Origin: Rikenellaceae bacterium
GTDB taxonomy: Bacteria > Bacteroidota > Bacteroidia > Bacteroidales > Rikenellaceae
Direction of reading: 5' to 3'
DNA length: 64,000 nt
Assembly: GCA_031548515.1 (NCBI GenBank)
Contig: JAVBRB010000014.1
Location: forward strand, 7,614-71,613
Positions within the stretch are counted from its first letter, which is position 1, and each line of letters opens with the position of its first letter. Shown here piece after piece: positions 1 to 8,894 of the stretch. The notes under the pieces were generated by a model. That model did no database searches. It was not told the DNA's origin and saw only the letters and a list, made by a program, of their open reading frames with translations. The position numbers and the translations under genes were made by a program.

Positions 1-715
1 GCTGGTATAGCGGGGCTGAACCCGTGCCCGGTTGGCCGTTAGTATGTTGCGAGGGAGGTTCGGCGGCGTAGAACGTCCACACGTGGTTCTCGCCGCGCTC
101 GGCTTCAAGGCCGTTCATCGCCGCGATGCTCCGGACCGCCTCGCCGAAAGGCATATCCCTGATGTAACCCGAGAGCTTCTGCTCGGAAATGGCCTGGGGA
201 AGGAAGAAGTTGGTTCCGGTCAGGTCGGTTATCTTCTTCGTCACGTCGGACAGCCTGTCGCCCGAGAGGTCGAAGCTGAGGCTGTTGCCGGCGATCTTAT
301 ATAACACGCCCAGTATTTTGGCTTCGGGAGGGGGAGGGGCGACCGGATATATCGCCACGATATTCCCCACGACATCTATATCAAGGTTATACTCCTTGCA
401 CAGGAAATAAACGAGATCGGTGATCTTAGCCCGGCTGAAATTGCATGTAACCTGGATGTTCTCGGCTCCTTTGACGCTAAGATTGACCTCCGCCGCCTTG
501 GCGACGTTGCGCAGAAGTTCCGACAACGGTATCTTCCCTACGGATATATCGACTTCCGTTATATAGGTCGGATCGAGCACCGACAGGTTGGAGAGTTTAA
601 GGCCGACCTCCGTCAGCCGCTCCTGTCCGGCGTCGGGATTGACGATCCTCTGGCCGCACAGGAACTGGACGGAAAGAAAGATAAGGGTTAGGGTTAGTAG
701 TATCGGGTTTTTCAT
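1..715 (-). CDS. Secretin-family (PilQ/GspD-like) outer-membrane protein, N-terminal part; gene runs off the left edge
   Basis: Own minus-strand translation from ATG at 715 gives MKNPILLTLTLIFLSVQFLCGQ (signal peptide). It continues ...VDISVGKIPLSELLRNVAKAAEVNL..., an N0/STN-like secretin N-domain pattern. The gene lies directly upstream of the PilB-like ATPase gene. Confidence 0.55.
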   Translation of the reverse strand, partial: MKNPILLTLTLIFLSVQFLCGQRIVNPDAGQERLTEVGLKLSNLSVLDPTYITEVDISVGKIPLSELLRNVAKAAEVNLSVKGAENIQVTCNFSRAKITDLVYFLCKEYNLDIDVVGNIVAIYPVAPPPPEAKILGVLYKIAGNSLSFDLSGDRLSDVTKKITDLTGTNFFLPQAISEQKLSGYIRDMPFGEAVRSIAAMNGLEAERGENHVWTFYAAEPPSQHTNGQPGTGSAPLYQ

Positions 716-721
716 TTCAGG

Positions 722-2146
722 TTAGCTTTTTAGCAGTTGTATTACTTCTTCCAGGGACGTGTCACCGCGCCGGAAAAGGTCGATGCCGGCGTCGCGGAGC
801 AAGATGATGTTCCTTTCATGCAGTTTATCCCCAATGTCGGTCTCTTCGCGCCGGGCTGCCGCAGCCAGTTCGTCGTCCACCGGAATTACCTCGTATATGG
901 CGCGCCGCCCGCTGTAGCCCGTGTAGTAGCATTTGTCGCACCCTACGGCCGCATAATGATGCCTGATATCCGCATCCGGCAACACTGTTCGCAGTTCGTA
1001 GTTCGCCTTCTTTTTCGCCTTGCAGTGGGGACATAGCAGACGCACCAGCCTCTGCGCCACGCACATAACCAGCGTATTTGCCACGAGATAGGGATGGATG
1101 CCCATGTCGCTCAGACGGGCTATACTTCCCCACGCGGTGTTGGTGTGGATCGTGGAAAAGATAAGATGGCCGGTGAGCGAAGAACGTACAGCCATATTAG
1201 CGGTATCGGCGTCGCGGATCTCGCCCAACATTATGATATCGGGGTCCTGCCGCAGGAAAGTGCGCAGGGCGCTGGTGAACGTCAGCCCGATCTCCTCCTT
1301 AAGCTGCACCTGGTTCACCCCCTCGAGTGTGTATTCCACAGGGTCTTCTATGGTCAGGATGTTGCTGGTCTGTTTGTTGAGCCTGCGCAGAGTCGCGTAA
1401 AGCGTGGTACTCTTGCCGGAGCCGGTAGGCCCGCAGATCAGTATCATGCCGTGTGGACGTTCTATCGCCTTGCGGTAATCATCCAGTTGCCGTTCGCTGA
1501 AGCCCAGATTCGCCAGTTCCAGAAGTTCGATATGGCGCGTCAGCAGGCGCATAACTGTTTTTTCGCCGTATATGGTCGGCAGGCACGACACGCGCACGTC
1601 GAACTTTTTGCCGTTGCGGTTGTACAGTATGCGCCCGTCCTGCGGAAGCCGCTTCTCGGAAATGTCTAGGTTGGCGATGATCTTTATCTGGTTGACGAGC
1701 GATGCGTAGTTGCCTTTTTCTATCACATACCTCTCGATAAGTTTGCCGTCGATGCGGAACCTCACGCGGCAGCGCTCCTCGTAAGCCTCGATGTGGATGT
1801 CGCTCGCGTAGGTGTCGAAAGCCTCCTCGATCAGCCCCATCAGGAAACCCTGACCGCTGCTGATCTCCGAAATGGAGCGCGCCTGCCCCGGCATCGTTTC
1901 CCCTTCCGAGCGGTAGTATCTCCGCAGCAGCTTCTGAAGTTCGGCCGCCGCAATCTTTTCGACAGCTATGTTCAGGCCGTATATAACTTCTATTTCAAGC
2001 AGCGAATTCGCATAATCGCGCGACTCCTCGCCGAAACATATTATCCCGCCGCCCTGCGCCTCGAAAGGTACGAGCATATACTCCCAGGCTTGCTGTGACG
2101 TGAAGCGCTGGATCAGTTCCGTGGGTATGCAATCGGGAATCGTCAT
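722..2146 (-). CDS. Type II/IV secretion ATPase (GspE/PilB family)
   Basis: Walker A GPTGSGKSTTLYA, Asp box DPDIIMLGEIRD, and tetracysteine CPHC...CDKC. Confidence 0.9.
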   Translation of the reverse strand: MTIPDCIPTELIQRFTSQQAWEYMLVPFEAQGGGIICFGEESRDYANSLLEIEVIYGLNIAVEKIAAAELQKLLRRYYRSEGETMPGQARSISEISSGQGFLMGLIEEAFDTYASDIHIEAYEERCRVRFRIDGKLIERYVIEKGNYASLVNQIKIIANLDISEKRLPQDGRILYNRNGKKFDVRVSCLPTIYGEKTVMRLLTRHIELLELANLGFSERQLDDYRKAIERPHGMILICGPTGSGKSTTLYATLRRLNKQTSNILTIEDPVEYTLEGVNQVQLKEEIGLTFTSALRTFLRQDPDIIMLGEIRDADTANMAVRSSLTGHLIFSTIHTNTAWGSIARLSDMGIHPYLVANTLVMCVAQRLVRLLCPHCKAKKKANYELRTVLPDADIRHHYAAVGCDKCYYTGYSGRRAIYEVIPVDDELAAAARREETDIGDKLHERNIILLRDAGIDLFRRGDTSLEEVIQLLKS

Positions 2147-2628
2147 TCGAAAAGGACCTTACATAGGATGACGCATGCCAGAACTATCCCCGATGTGCCG
2201 ATGAAAGGGACGTTTTTAGGGGATTTATTCTTTAAAATAGCCGCGACTCCCCACCAAACAAGTGAAAATCCCATACAAGCTACCAACAGCCAGGCATATT
2301 GCCTGACAGGGAACAGCGGCACGAGTGTCAGGAAGAACAGGAAGTCGCCGAGTCCTATATAGACATTAATGGGATTTACGAACTTCCGTGCCTTCACCCA
2401 TCCCCACAGCACAATGCCGGTCGACATATACAATATCAATAGTAGATTCAAGCAGCTGCGTTCAAGCACTTCCGATCCCCCATCCTGTATCATCGGGATG
2501 CACACAGTTCCTATGGCGAGTATAAGCAGCCACATGACAGACACCTCCCGCCTGCGGAAATCGCTTACGATCAGGACGGATAAAGGAGCAAGCATAAGTA
2601 GGGGCAGATATTCCATGATAGTGGCCAT
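2143..2628 (-). CDS. Prepilin peptidase-like membrane aspartyl protease (A24 family, short form)
   Basis: Polytopic membrane protein with candidate catalytic Asp motifs SDFRRRE and GLGDF (GxGD). It overlaps the ATPase gene by 4 nt. Confidence 0.6.
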   Translation of the reverse strand: MATIMEYLPLLMLAPLSVLIVSDFRRREVSVMWLLILAIGTVCIPMIQDGGSEVLERSCLNLLLILYMSTGIVLWGWVKARKFVNPINVYIGLGDFLFFLTLVPLFPVRQYAWLLVACMGFSLVWWGVAAILKNKSPKNVPFIGTSGIVLACVILCKVLFE

Positions 2629-2635
2629 GGGAGTA

Positions 2636-3046
2636 TCAGTCTTTCACGGTTTCGCGGAGTTCCTTGTCCTGGTTTATCTCCCAGACGTTGAACACCCCGT
2701 TGCCGTCGAAATCGACTACGGCAGTCGCGGTGGCTGTGAATCCATGCTCGGAACCATCCACTATTTCTATAAGATAGTTGGCGGACCCTCCGTCTGAGAC
2801 GAGTTTCTGCTGCTCGAATCCAAGTTCTTCGAGAGATTCCGAATAGCGCGAATGGGTGTAGAAATGGCTTTTCTGGAGTGTATGAAGGAATGTGAGCTGC
2901 TGCTGCGCTTCGGTGCTTTTGGCGCGTGAGATTAGTGGCATGAGATTCGGCAGGGCTATAAGTACGAGTATACCTATTATTACAAGTACAACTAAAAGTT
3001 CCGACAGCGAGAATGCCGGGAGTTTTTTCCGGATCAGTATTTTCAT
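2636..3046 (-). CDS. Type IV pilin / pseudopilin with prepilin-type signal
   Basis: N-terminus MKILIRKKLPA|FSLSELLVVLVIIGILVLIALP shows a basic leader, Phe at +1, Glu at +5 and a hydrophobic helix. Confidence 0.8.
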   Translation of the reverse strand: MKILIRKKLPAFSLSELLVVLVIIGILVLIALPNLMPLISRAKSTEAQQQLTFLHTLQKSHFYTHSRYSESLEELGFEQQKLVSDGGSANYLIEIVDGSEHGFTATATAVVDFDGNGVFNVWEINQDKELRETVKD

Positions 3047-3320
3047 AGTGTATTATTAAATGTTCTTTTCAGGCCGAAAAAACGTTCTTTTTTCACACTA
3101 TAAAATTAACTCCAGCAAACGAGAAAAAATCGGCTTTCGCCTATTTTGAGACCTTAACACTTGGTTTGTTATTCGCTGTATATCAATTTGTTGCAAAACC
3201 CAAATCTTAACACTGCCATTTGCGCTTGATTTTTGCCCGTTTCCCATCCATTTTTCACCGGCTTCTTTCGATCGTTTTCAGGCGGTCTTTTTACCGTGTT
3301 TGCCGCTTGGACCTTTTATA

Positions 3321-3448
3321 ATGAACTACTCCGCCTCAAGCAACGGGGAACCGACACTTTTAGTTATCTCCATCGCAAGATGCCTCCACCGGCCTGCAGC
3401 CGACGGTCGGCGCTTGGGAGATGATTATTTTGCTGCTCAAAACAATTG
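3321..3448 (+). repeat. Copy A of a four-copy GC-rich structured repeat family
   Basis: Aligns block-for-block with 17633-17766 (+), 47046-47166 (-) and 50381-50506 (-). Shared blocks are ATGAACT, CGGGGAA, GTTAYCTCC, CCGGCCTGCRGCCGAC, GATGATT and the small hairpin TTTTGC-N3-GCAAAA. Confidence 0.75.
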
Positions 3449-3658
3449 AATAACCCGATTTATTAAGATATGGGTATAAACAAAAAATCGTGCAGACGGA
3501 TAAAAAGAACGCCGGGGAATTTTCATAATATATCCGGGCGGAAAAGACTATTCATACCGCTAAAACGGCAGATATATCTTACTTTTCTTTGATTTTAAAA
3601 AGTTAATCAAAAAAAATTACTAACTTCGCATCAATTTTTTTAACCCAATCAATATCTG

Positions 3659-6064
3659 ATGAATAAGATTAAATACACAAAACACATTCTTCTCGTGTCT
3701 ATCGCTATGATAGCAAGTACTCTGAGTGCATATGCGAGTGAGGCCGATCTGGCTATTCCGGATCTGCATGCCGGAACTTTCCATCTGTTCGGAACAGAGG
3801 TAACTTCATGGAACTTCCTTTTTTGGGGAGCACTGATCATTGCCGGCACCCTGGCGTTCAGCCTTCTTCTGTTCCGTCAGGTAAAGAAACTACCGGCGCA
3901 TACCTCTATGCTTAATGTGGCACAGACTATTTACACCACATGCCGCACATACCTGGTTCAGCAGGGCAAATTCCTGCTGATGCTTTTCGGTCTGGTAGCC
4001 ATCGTATTGTGCGTCTACTTCTTCGGTCTGGCGGGCCAATCGATGAGCGTCGTACTCCAGGTGTTGCTGTTCTCGATAGTCGGTATGGCGGGATCATATA
4101 TCGTGGCATGGTACGGTATCCGGGTCAACACATACGCTAATGCGCGCACGGCGTTCGCCTCGCTCAGGGGCCGTCCGCTCGATGTGGTCAATATCCCTCT
4201 CAAGGCGGGTATGAGTGTGGGGCTTTTCCTGATCTCGCTCGAACTGGTGCTGATGGTGGTTATACTGCTGTTCGTACCGCGCGACATCGTGGGTATCTGC
4301 TTCCTGGGCTTTGCCATCGGCGAATCGTTGGGTGCCAGTGCATTGCGTATCGCAGGCGGGATCTTCACCAAGATCGCAGACATAGGTTCCGACCTGATGA
4401 AAGTGGTATTCTGTGTTAAGGAGGACGATCCGCGTAATCCCGGCGTGGTGGCCGACTGCACCGGCGACAACGCAGGCGACAGCGTAGGTCCGACAGCCGA
4501 CGGTTTCGAAACTTACGGCGTGACAGGAGTGGCGCTGATCACCTTTATCACCCTGGCCGTGCCCAACCCCGACATGCAGGCCAAACTGATCGTTTGGATC
4601 TTCGGCATGCGCTTTTTGATGGACTTCCTTTCGGGCTGCGCGTTCTTCGTAAATCAGGCGATATCGAAAAAGCTATACGGTAATAAAAAGGAATTCGACT
4701 TCGAGGCTCCGCTTATGCGTCTGCTCACGATTGCCGCCGTGCTCTGCATTTCGGCCAGCTTTGGTATGAGCTATCTGCTCCTGGGCGATTTGCCCAATCC
4801 TACCCTTTGGTGGAAGCTGGCTGTGATCATCAGCTGCGGGACATTGGCAGCACTGCTCATCCCCGAGTTTACCAAGTTCTTTACCAGTTCCAAGTCGCGC
4901 CACGTCAAAGACATTGTTACGGCCTCCAGCGAGGGCGGCGCTTCGCTCAATATCCTTTCGGGTATCGTGGCCGGTTACTTCGGCGCTTTCTGGACGGGCC
5001 TTTTGATTGTCGGTCTGATGACCGTTGCTTATTTTACCGCCCAACTCGGCCTGACCGATATCATGGGGCCGCACGCGTCGATCTTCGCTTTCGGCCTTGT
5101 CGCTTTCGGGTTCCTGTGCATGGGTCCCGTGACCATTGCCGTGGACAGTTACGGGCCGGTAACCGATAATGCACAGTCGGTATTCGAACTTTCGCAGATC
5201 GAACAGATCGACGGTATAGAGAAGGATATAGAGAAAAATTACGGCTTCAAACCGGACTTCGAAACAGGCAAGCACCTGCTTGAAGCCAACGACTCGGCCG
5301 GAAACACTTTCAAGGCGACCGCCAAGCCGGTACTTATAGGTACGGCAGTGGTCGGCGCTACGACGATGATATTCTCGATCATCCTGTTGTTGGAGAAAGT
5401 GGGTCTGTTGAACCTCTCGCTCACCGATGCGCCGGTCATCCTGGGGCTTATCTGCGGCGGTGCCGTGATCTTCTGGTTCAGCGGTGCATCGATCCAGGCC
5501 GTAACCACCGGAGCATACCGCACAGTTGAATTCATCAAGAAGAGTTTCCGCATGGATAAATGCGAAGCGGATATCGAGGATTCGGTCAAAGTAGTTAAGA
5601 TATGCACCCAATATGCTCAAAAGGGTATGTGGAACATATTCCTGGCCCTGATCACTCTGACCATCGGATTTGCGTTCATCAATCCCAACTTCTTCGTGGC
5701 ATACCTGATTTCTATCGCGGTATTCGGTCTTTTCCAAGCCATTTATATGGCCAATGCGGGCGGAAGCTGGGACAACGCCAAGAAGATCGTCGAAGTGGAG
5801 CTGAAAGAAAAAAATACTCCCCTGCATGAAGCGGCCGTGATCGGCGACACTGTGGGCGATCCGTTCAAAGATACATCCTCTGTTTCGCTCAACCCGATCA
5901 TCAAGTTTTCGACGCTGTTCGGTCTGCTTGTCACCGAGATCTGCATTGAGATGAAGATCGGCGATGGTACGGATTACTCGACATGGATCGCCATTCCATT
6001 CCTCTTGCTGGGTCTCTATTTTGTCTGGAGGTCATTCTACCGTATGCGCCTGCCGCAGAAGTAA
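3659..6064 (+). CDS. hppA: Membrane-bound pyrophosphate-energized ion pump (V-type H+/Na+-PPase), probably K+-independent class
   Basis: Signatures GDNAGDSVGPTADGFETY, GGSWDNAKK and GDTVGDPFKDT. GNTFKATAKP has Lys at the A/K position. Many TM helices. Confidence 0.93.
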   Translation: MNKIKYTKHILLVSIAMIASTLSAYASEADLAIPDLHAGTFHLFGTEVTSWNFLFWGALIIAGTLAFSLLLFRQVKKLPAHTSMLNVAQTIYTTCRTYLVQQGKFLLMLFGLVAIVLCVYFFGLAGQSMSVVLQVLLFSIVGMAGSYIVAWYGIRVNTYANARTAFASLRGRPLDVVNIPLKAGMSVGLFLISLELVLMVVILLFVPRDIVGICFLGFAIGESLGASALRIAGGIFTKIADIGSDLMKVVFCVKEDDPRNPGVVADCTGDNAGDSVGPTADGFETYGVTGVALITFITLAVPNPDMQAKLIVWIFGMRFLMDFLSGCAFFVNQAISKKLYGNKKEFDFEAPLMRLLTIAAVLCISASFGMSYLLLGDLPNPTLWWKLAVIISCGTLAALLIPEFTKFFTSSKSRHVKDIVTASSEGGASLNILSGIVAGYFGAFWTGLLIVGLMTVAYFTAQLGLTDIMGPHASIFAFGLVAFGFLCMGPVTIAVDSYGPVTDNAQSVFELSQIEQIDGIEKDIEKNYGFKPDFETGKHLLEANDSAGNTFKATAKPVLIGTAVVGATTMIFSIILLLEKVGLLNLSLTDAPVILGLICGGAVIFWFSGASIQAVTTGAYRTVEFIKKSFRMDKCEADIEDSVKVVKICTQYAQKGMWNIFLALITLTIGFAFINPNFFVAYLISIAVFGLFQAIYMANAGGSWDNAKKIVEVELKEKNTPLHEAAVIGDTVGDPFKDTSSVSLNPIIKFSTLFGLLVTEICIEMKIGDGTDYSTWIAIPFLLLGLYFVWRSFYRMRLPQK

Positions 6065-6086
6065 TCGACTATGCTTGCAACTAATG

Positions 6087-6120
6087 AAACCGCCTCAAAA
6101 CTATTTTTTGAGGCGGTTTC
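6087..6120 (+). terminator. Intrinsic terminator after hppA
   Basis: Hairpin GAAACCGCCTCAAAA / TTTTGAGGCGGTTTC followed by a T-rich tract. Confidence 0.65.
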
Positions 6121-6233
6121 ACTTTCTTGAAGTGTTTGCGAGTTGTATGTATTTCCGGTTTGGCGGGCAGCTGTCCTTGTTTCTGGAACGGGATTTGTGT
6201 TTTCATATACTGATGTCTAATAAGTGGTTGATA

Positions 6234-7238
6234 ATGAAAAGGAAATATCTGTCTATAATCGCGGTGGCCGTCATATCGGTTGCCGGATGCGCTCCGAAAG
6301 CCCAGTCCGTAGCCGCGATCGATCCGTTGCCGTCCTGGAACGCGACGGCCAATAAACAGGCTATACTCGATTTTGTCACCAGCATCACCGATTCCACCAG
6401 TGCAGGCTTTGTACCTGTGGAAGAGCGTATCGCTGTGTTTGACAATGACGGAACTCTCTGGTGCGAACAGCCTGTGTATTTCGAATTCATATATTCGCTG
6501 GCCGCAATGAAAGACATAGTGGCCGAAACCCCTGCGCTGCTTAAAAAGGCCGAACTGAAGGCTTTAGCCGACGGGGATATGAAGACTTTCATGGCAAGCG
6601 GCGAGAAGGGGCTGCTCGAAGCGTTCGCCATTTCGCATACGGCAGTGGGGATCGACCGGTTCGAAAAAAATGCCGAAGCATGGCTCGATACGGCAAAGCA
6701 TGCCCGCTTCGACCGCAAATACACCGAACTGACCTACAAGCCGATGGTCGAACTGTTGGATTTCCTGCGCAGCAACGGCTTTACTACCTACATTGTTTCG
6801 GGCGGGTCGAGCATGTTCATACGTGCATTCAGCGACGACTCCTATGGTATACCGTCGGGGCAGGTCATAGGTACTATGTTCAAGGCGGAGTTTGTGGCGC
6901 AGGGCGACAGCTATAACGTAGTGCTCAAACCGGAAGTGTATCACATCGACGACAATGTGGGCAAACCGGTCGGCATCTACCAATTCATAGGCCGCAAGCC
7001 GATACTTGCGTTCGGCAATTCCGACGGAGACCTGCAGATGTTGCAATGGACATCCACCAATCAGCGTCCAAATATGGTCCTTCTGCTTCACCATACCGAT
7101 GAGGTGCGCGAATACGCCTACGATCGCGAATCTTCAGTCGGGAGGCTCGACAAGGCTCTCGACGAAGCGCGCGCCAAAGGATGGACGGTGGTGGATATGA
7201 AAAACGATTTCGCCAGGGTTTTCAGTTTTGAACGGTAG
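6234..7238 (+). CDS. HAD-superfamily phosphatase-like lipoprotein
   Basis: Start moved to ATG 6234 (MKRKYLSIIAVAVISVAGC lipobox), because the upstream part of ORF 5964 spans the hppA terminator. HAD motifs VFDNDGTLW and GNSDGDLQML. Confidence 0.8.
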   Translation: MKRKYLSIIAVAVISVAGCAPKAQSVAAIDPLPSWNATANKQAILDFVTSITDSTSAGFVPVEERIAVFDNDGTLWCEQPVYFEFIYSLAAMKDIVAETPALLKKAELKALADGDMKTFMASGEKGLLEAFAISHTAVGIDRFEKNAEAWLDTAKHARFDRKYTELTYKPMVELLDFLRSNGFTTYIVSGGSSMFIRAFSDDSYGIPSGQVIGTMFKAEFVAQGDSYNVVLKPEVYHIDDNVGKPVGIYQFIGRKPILAFGNSDGDLQMLQWTSTNQRPNMVLLLHHTDEVREYAYDRESSVGRLDKALDEARAKGWTVVDMKNDFARVFSFER

Positions 7239-7269
7239 TTCTCTTACTCCCGGAGATCGTTTTTCACCA

Positions 7270-7304
7270 CGCGGAAGACCATACCGGTCTTCCGCGTTAT
7301 TTTC
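7270..7304 (+). terminator. Intrinsic terminator
   Basis: Hairpin GCGGAAGACC-ATAC-CGGTCTTCCGC followed by GTTATTTT. Confidence 0.75.
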
Positions 7305-7375
7305 AGGGTGGTTCGCCGGATTTTCAACGGAATATCGTATATTGCGGAATCTTACCCAAAAGACCGGCTTACAAG

Positions 7376-8890
7376 ATGTTAAAAAGGATAAGGGTAGCCG
7401 TTGCAGCGATTGTTTTCCTGTCGGTTACATTGCTGTTCCTCGATTTTACGGGAACGCTTCATAAATGGTTCGGATGGCTGGCGAAAATACAACTCGTTCC
7501 GGCAATTCTTGCACACAGCGCCGTCATAATATGTGCGATCCTGTTGTTCACACTCCTGTTCGGCCGCGTGTACTGTTCGGTGGTCTGCCCTTTGGGCGTC
7601 ATGCAGGATGGCATTTCGAACATATCGGCCAGGCGCAAGGGCCGTAAGAACCGTTTCCGGTATTCCCGGGCCGTGTCGTGGCTGCGTTGGGGAATGCTTG
7701 CGCTGTTCGCAGCCTGCCTTGTCGCAGGTATAGGGGCAGTGGTTTCATTGGCCGATCCTTATGCCGCTTTCGGACGTATGGCTTCGAGTTTTTTGGCGCC
7801 GCTTTATGGATGGGGCAACAACCTGTTAGCATGGATCGCCGAAAGGGCCGACAGCTACGCGTTCTACTCGACCGACGTTTTCGTCAAAAGCTGGGCCGTT
7901 TTCGGAGTTGCCGCCGCCATGCTGGTTACCGTTGGAATACTTGCCTGGCGCGGTGGACGCACATATTGCAACACCGTCTGCCCCGTGGGGACGTTCCTTG
8001 GCCTGCTGTCGCGTTTATCTCTCTTCCGTCCCGCGTTCGACGGGACGAAATGCACTAAATGCGGCCTCTGTGAAAAAAATTGCAAGGCATCGTGCATCGA
8101 CTCACACCGTCTGGCAATAGACGCCGGCCGCTGCGTAGCATGCTTTAATTGCATCGAGAAGTGCAAGTTCGGTGCTATGGAATACCGCATGCATCGTTTC
8201 GGGACGAAAAAGAAGACGGTCTCCGCACCGTCCGGATCCGACGAAGAAACTCATGCAAAGGGTGTTTCACGCCGTAAGTTTATTTCCATCGCCGCCTTGT
8301 TCGCTTTTTCCAATGCGTTGAAGGCTCAGCAGTTGCAGGTCGACGGCGGACTGGCCGAGATCGAGAATAAGAAACGGCCCGACCGCAAAACCCCGGTCGC
8401 TCCTCCGGGAGCAGGGGGTGCCGCACATCTTAAAAATCATTGCACGGCCTGCCAGCTTTGCGTGTCGGCGTGCCCGAATAACATAATACTGCCTTCGTCG
8501 AAACTCGCGACGTTCATGCAGCCAGAACTGACTTACGAACGCGGTTGGTGCCGTCCGGAATGCACGGAGTGTTCGCAGGTATGCCCGGCGGGAGCCATAA
8601 ACAGGATAACTCCTGCCGATAAGGCGGGTATCTCGGTAGGGCAGGCCTACTGGATAAAGGAAAACTGCATTGTCAACACCGATCAGCATACCTGTACCGC
8701 CTGCGAACGCCATTGCCCGACGGGAGCGATAGCACTTGTCGCCGTCGATCCGGACGACAGGAGGTCGCTTAAGATACCGGTCATTGACAATATGTTGTGT
8801 ATCGGGTGCGGGGCGTGCGAGTACGTCTGCCCGGCGCGTCCGTTCAGCGCAATATATGTCGAGGGAAATGTAAAACACCACACGGTCTGA
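7376..8890 (+). CDS. Membrane-anchored polyferredoxin (NapH/MauN-like 4Fe-4S protein)
   Basis: N-terminal TM helices with CSVVCPLG and CNTVCPVG motifs, plus several CxxCxxCxxxCP clusters in the C-terminal half. Confidence 0.8.
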   Translation: MLKRIRVAVAAIVFLSVTLLFLDFTGTLHKWFGWLAKIQLVPAILAHSAVIICAILLFTLLFGRVYCSVVCPLGVMQDGISNISARRKGRKNRFRYSRAVSWLRWGMLALFAACLVAGIGAVVSLADPYAAFGRMASSFLAPLYGWGNNLLAWIAERADSYAFYSTDVFVKSWAVFGVAAAMLVTVGILAWRGGRTYCNTVCPVGTFLGLLSRLSLFRPAFDGTKCTKCGLCEKNCKASCIDSHRLAIDAGRCVACFNCIEKCKFGAMEYRMHRFGTKKKTVSAPSGSDEETHAKGVSRRKFISIAALFAFSNALKAQQLQVDGGLAEIENKKRPDRKTPVAPPGAGGAAHLKNHCTACQLCVSACPNNIILPSSKLATFMQPELTYERGWCRPECTECSQVCPAGAINRITPADKAGISVGQAYWIKENCIVNTDQHTCTACERHCPTGAIALVAVDPDDRRSLKIPVIDNMLCIGCGACEYVCPARPFSAIYVEGNVKHHTV

Positions 8891-8894
8891 CGCC

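Noticed and set aside
3233-3424. 63-aa ORF in the pilin/hppA spacer, and the 67/80-aa ORFs at 46982..47238
   Set aside because: They run through copies of the structured repeat. Paralogous copies differ by indels that are not multiples of three, so coding is not conserved.
5964-6233. N-terminal 90-aa extension of the HAD phosphatase ORF
   Set aside because: The extension runs through the hppA terminator hairpin (6087-6120). A lipoprotein signal peptide starts at the internal ATG at 6234.
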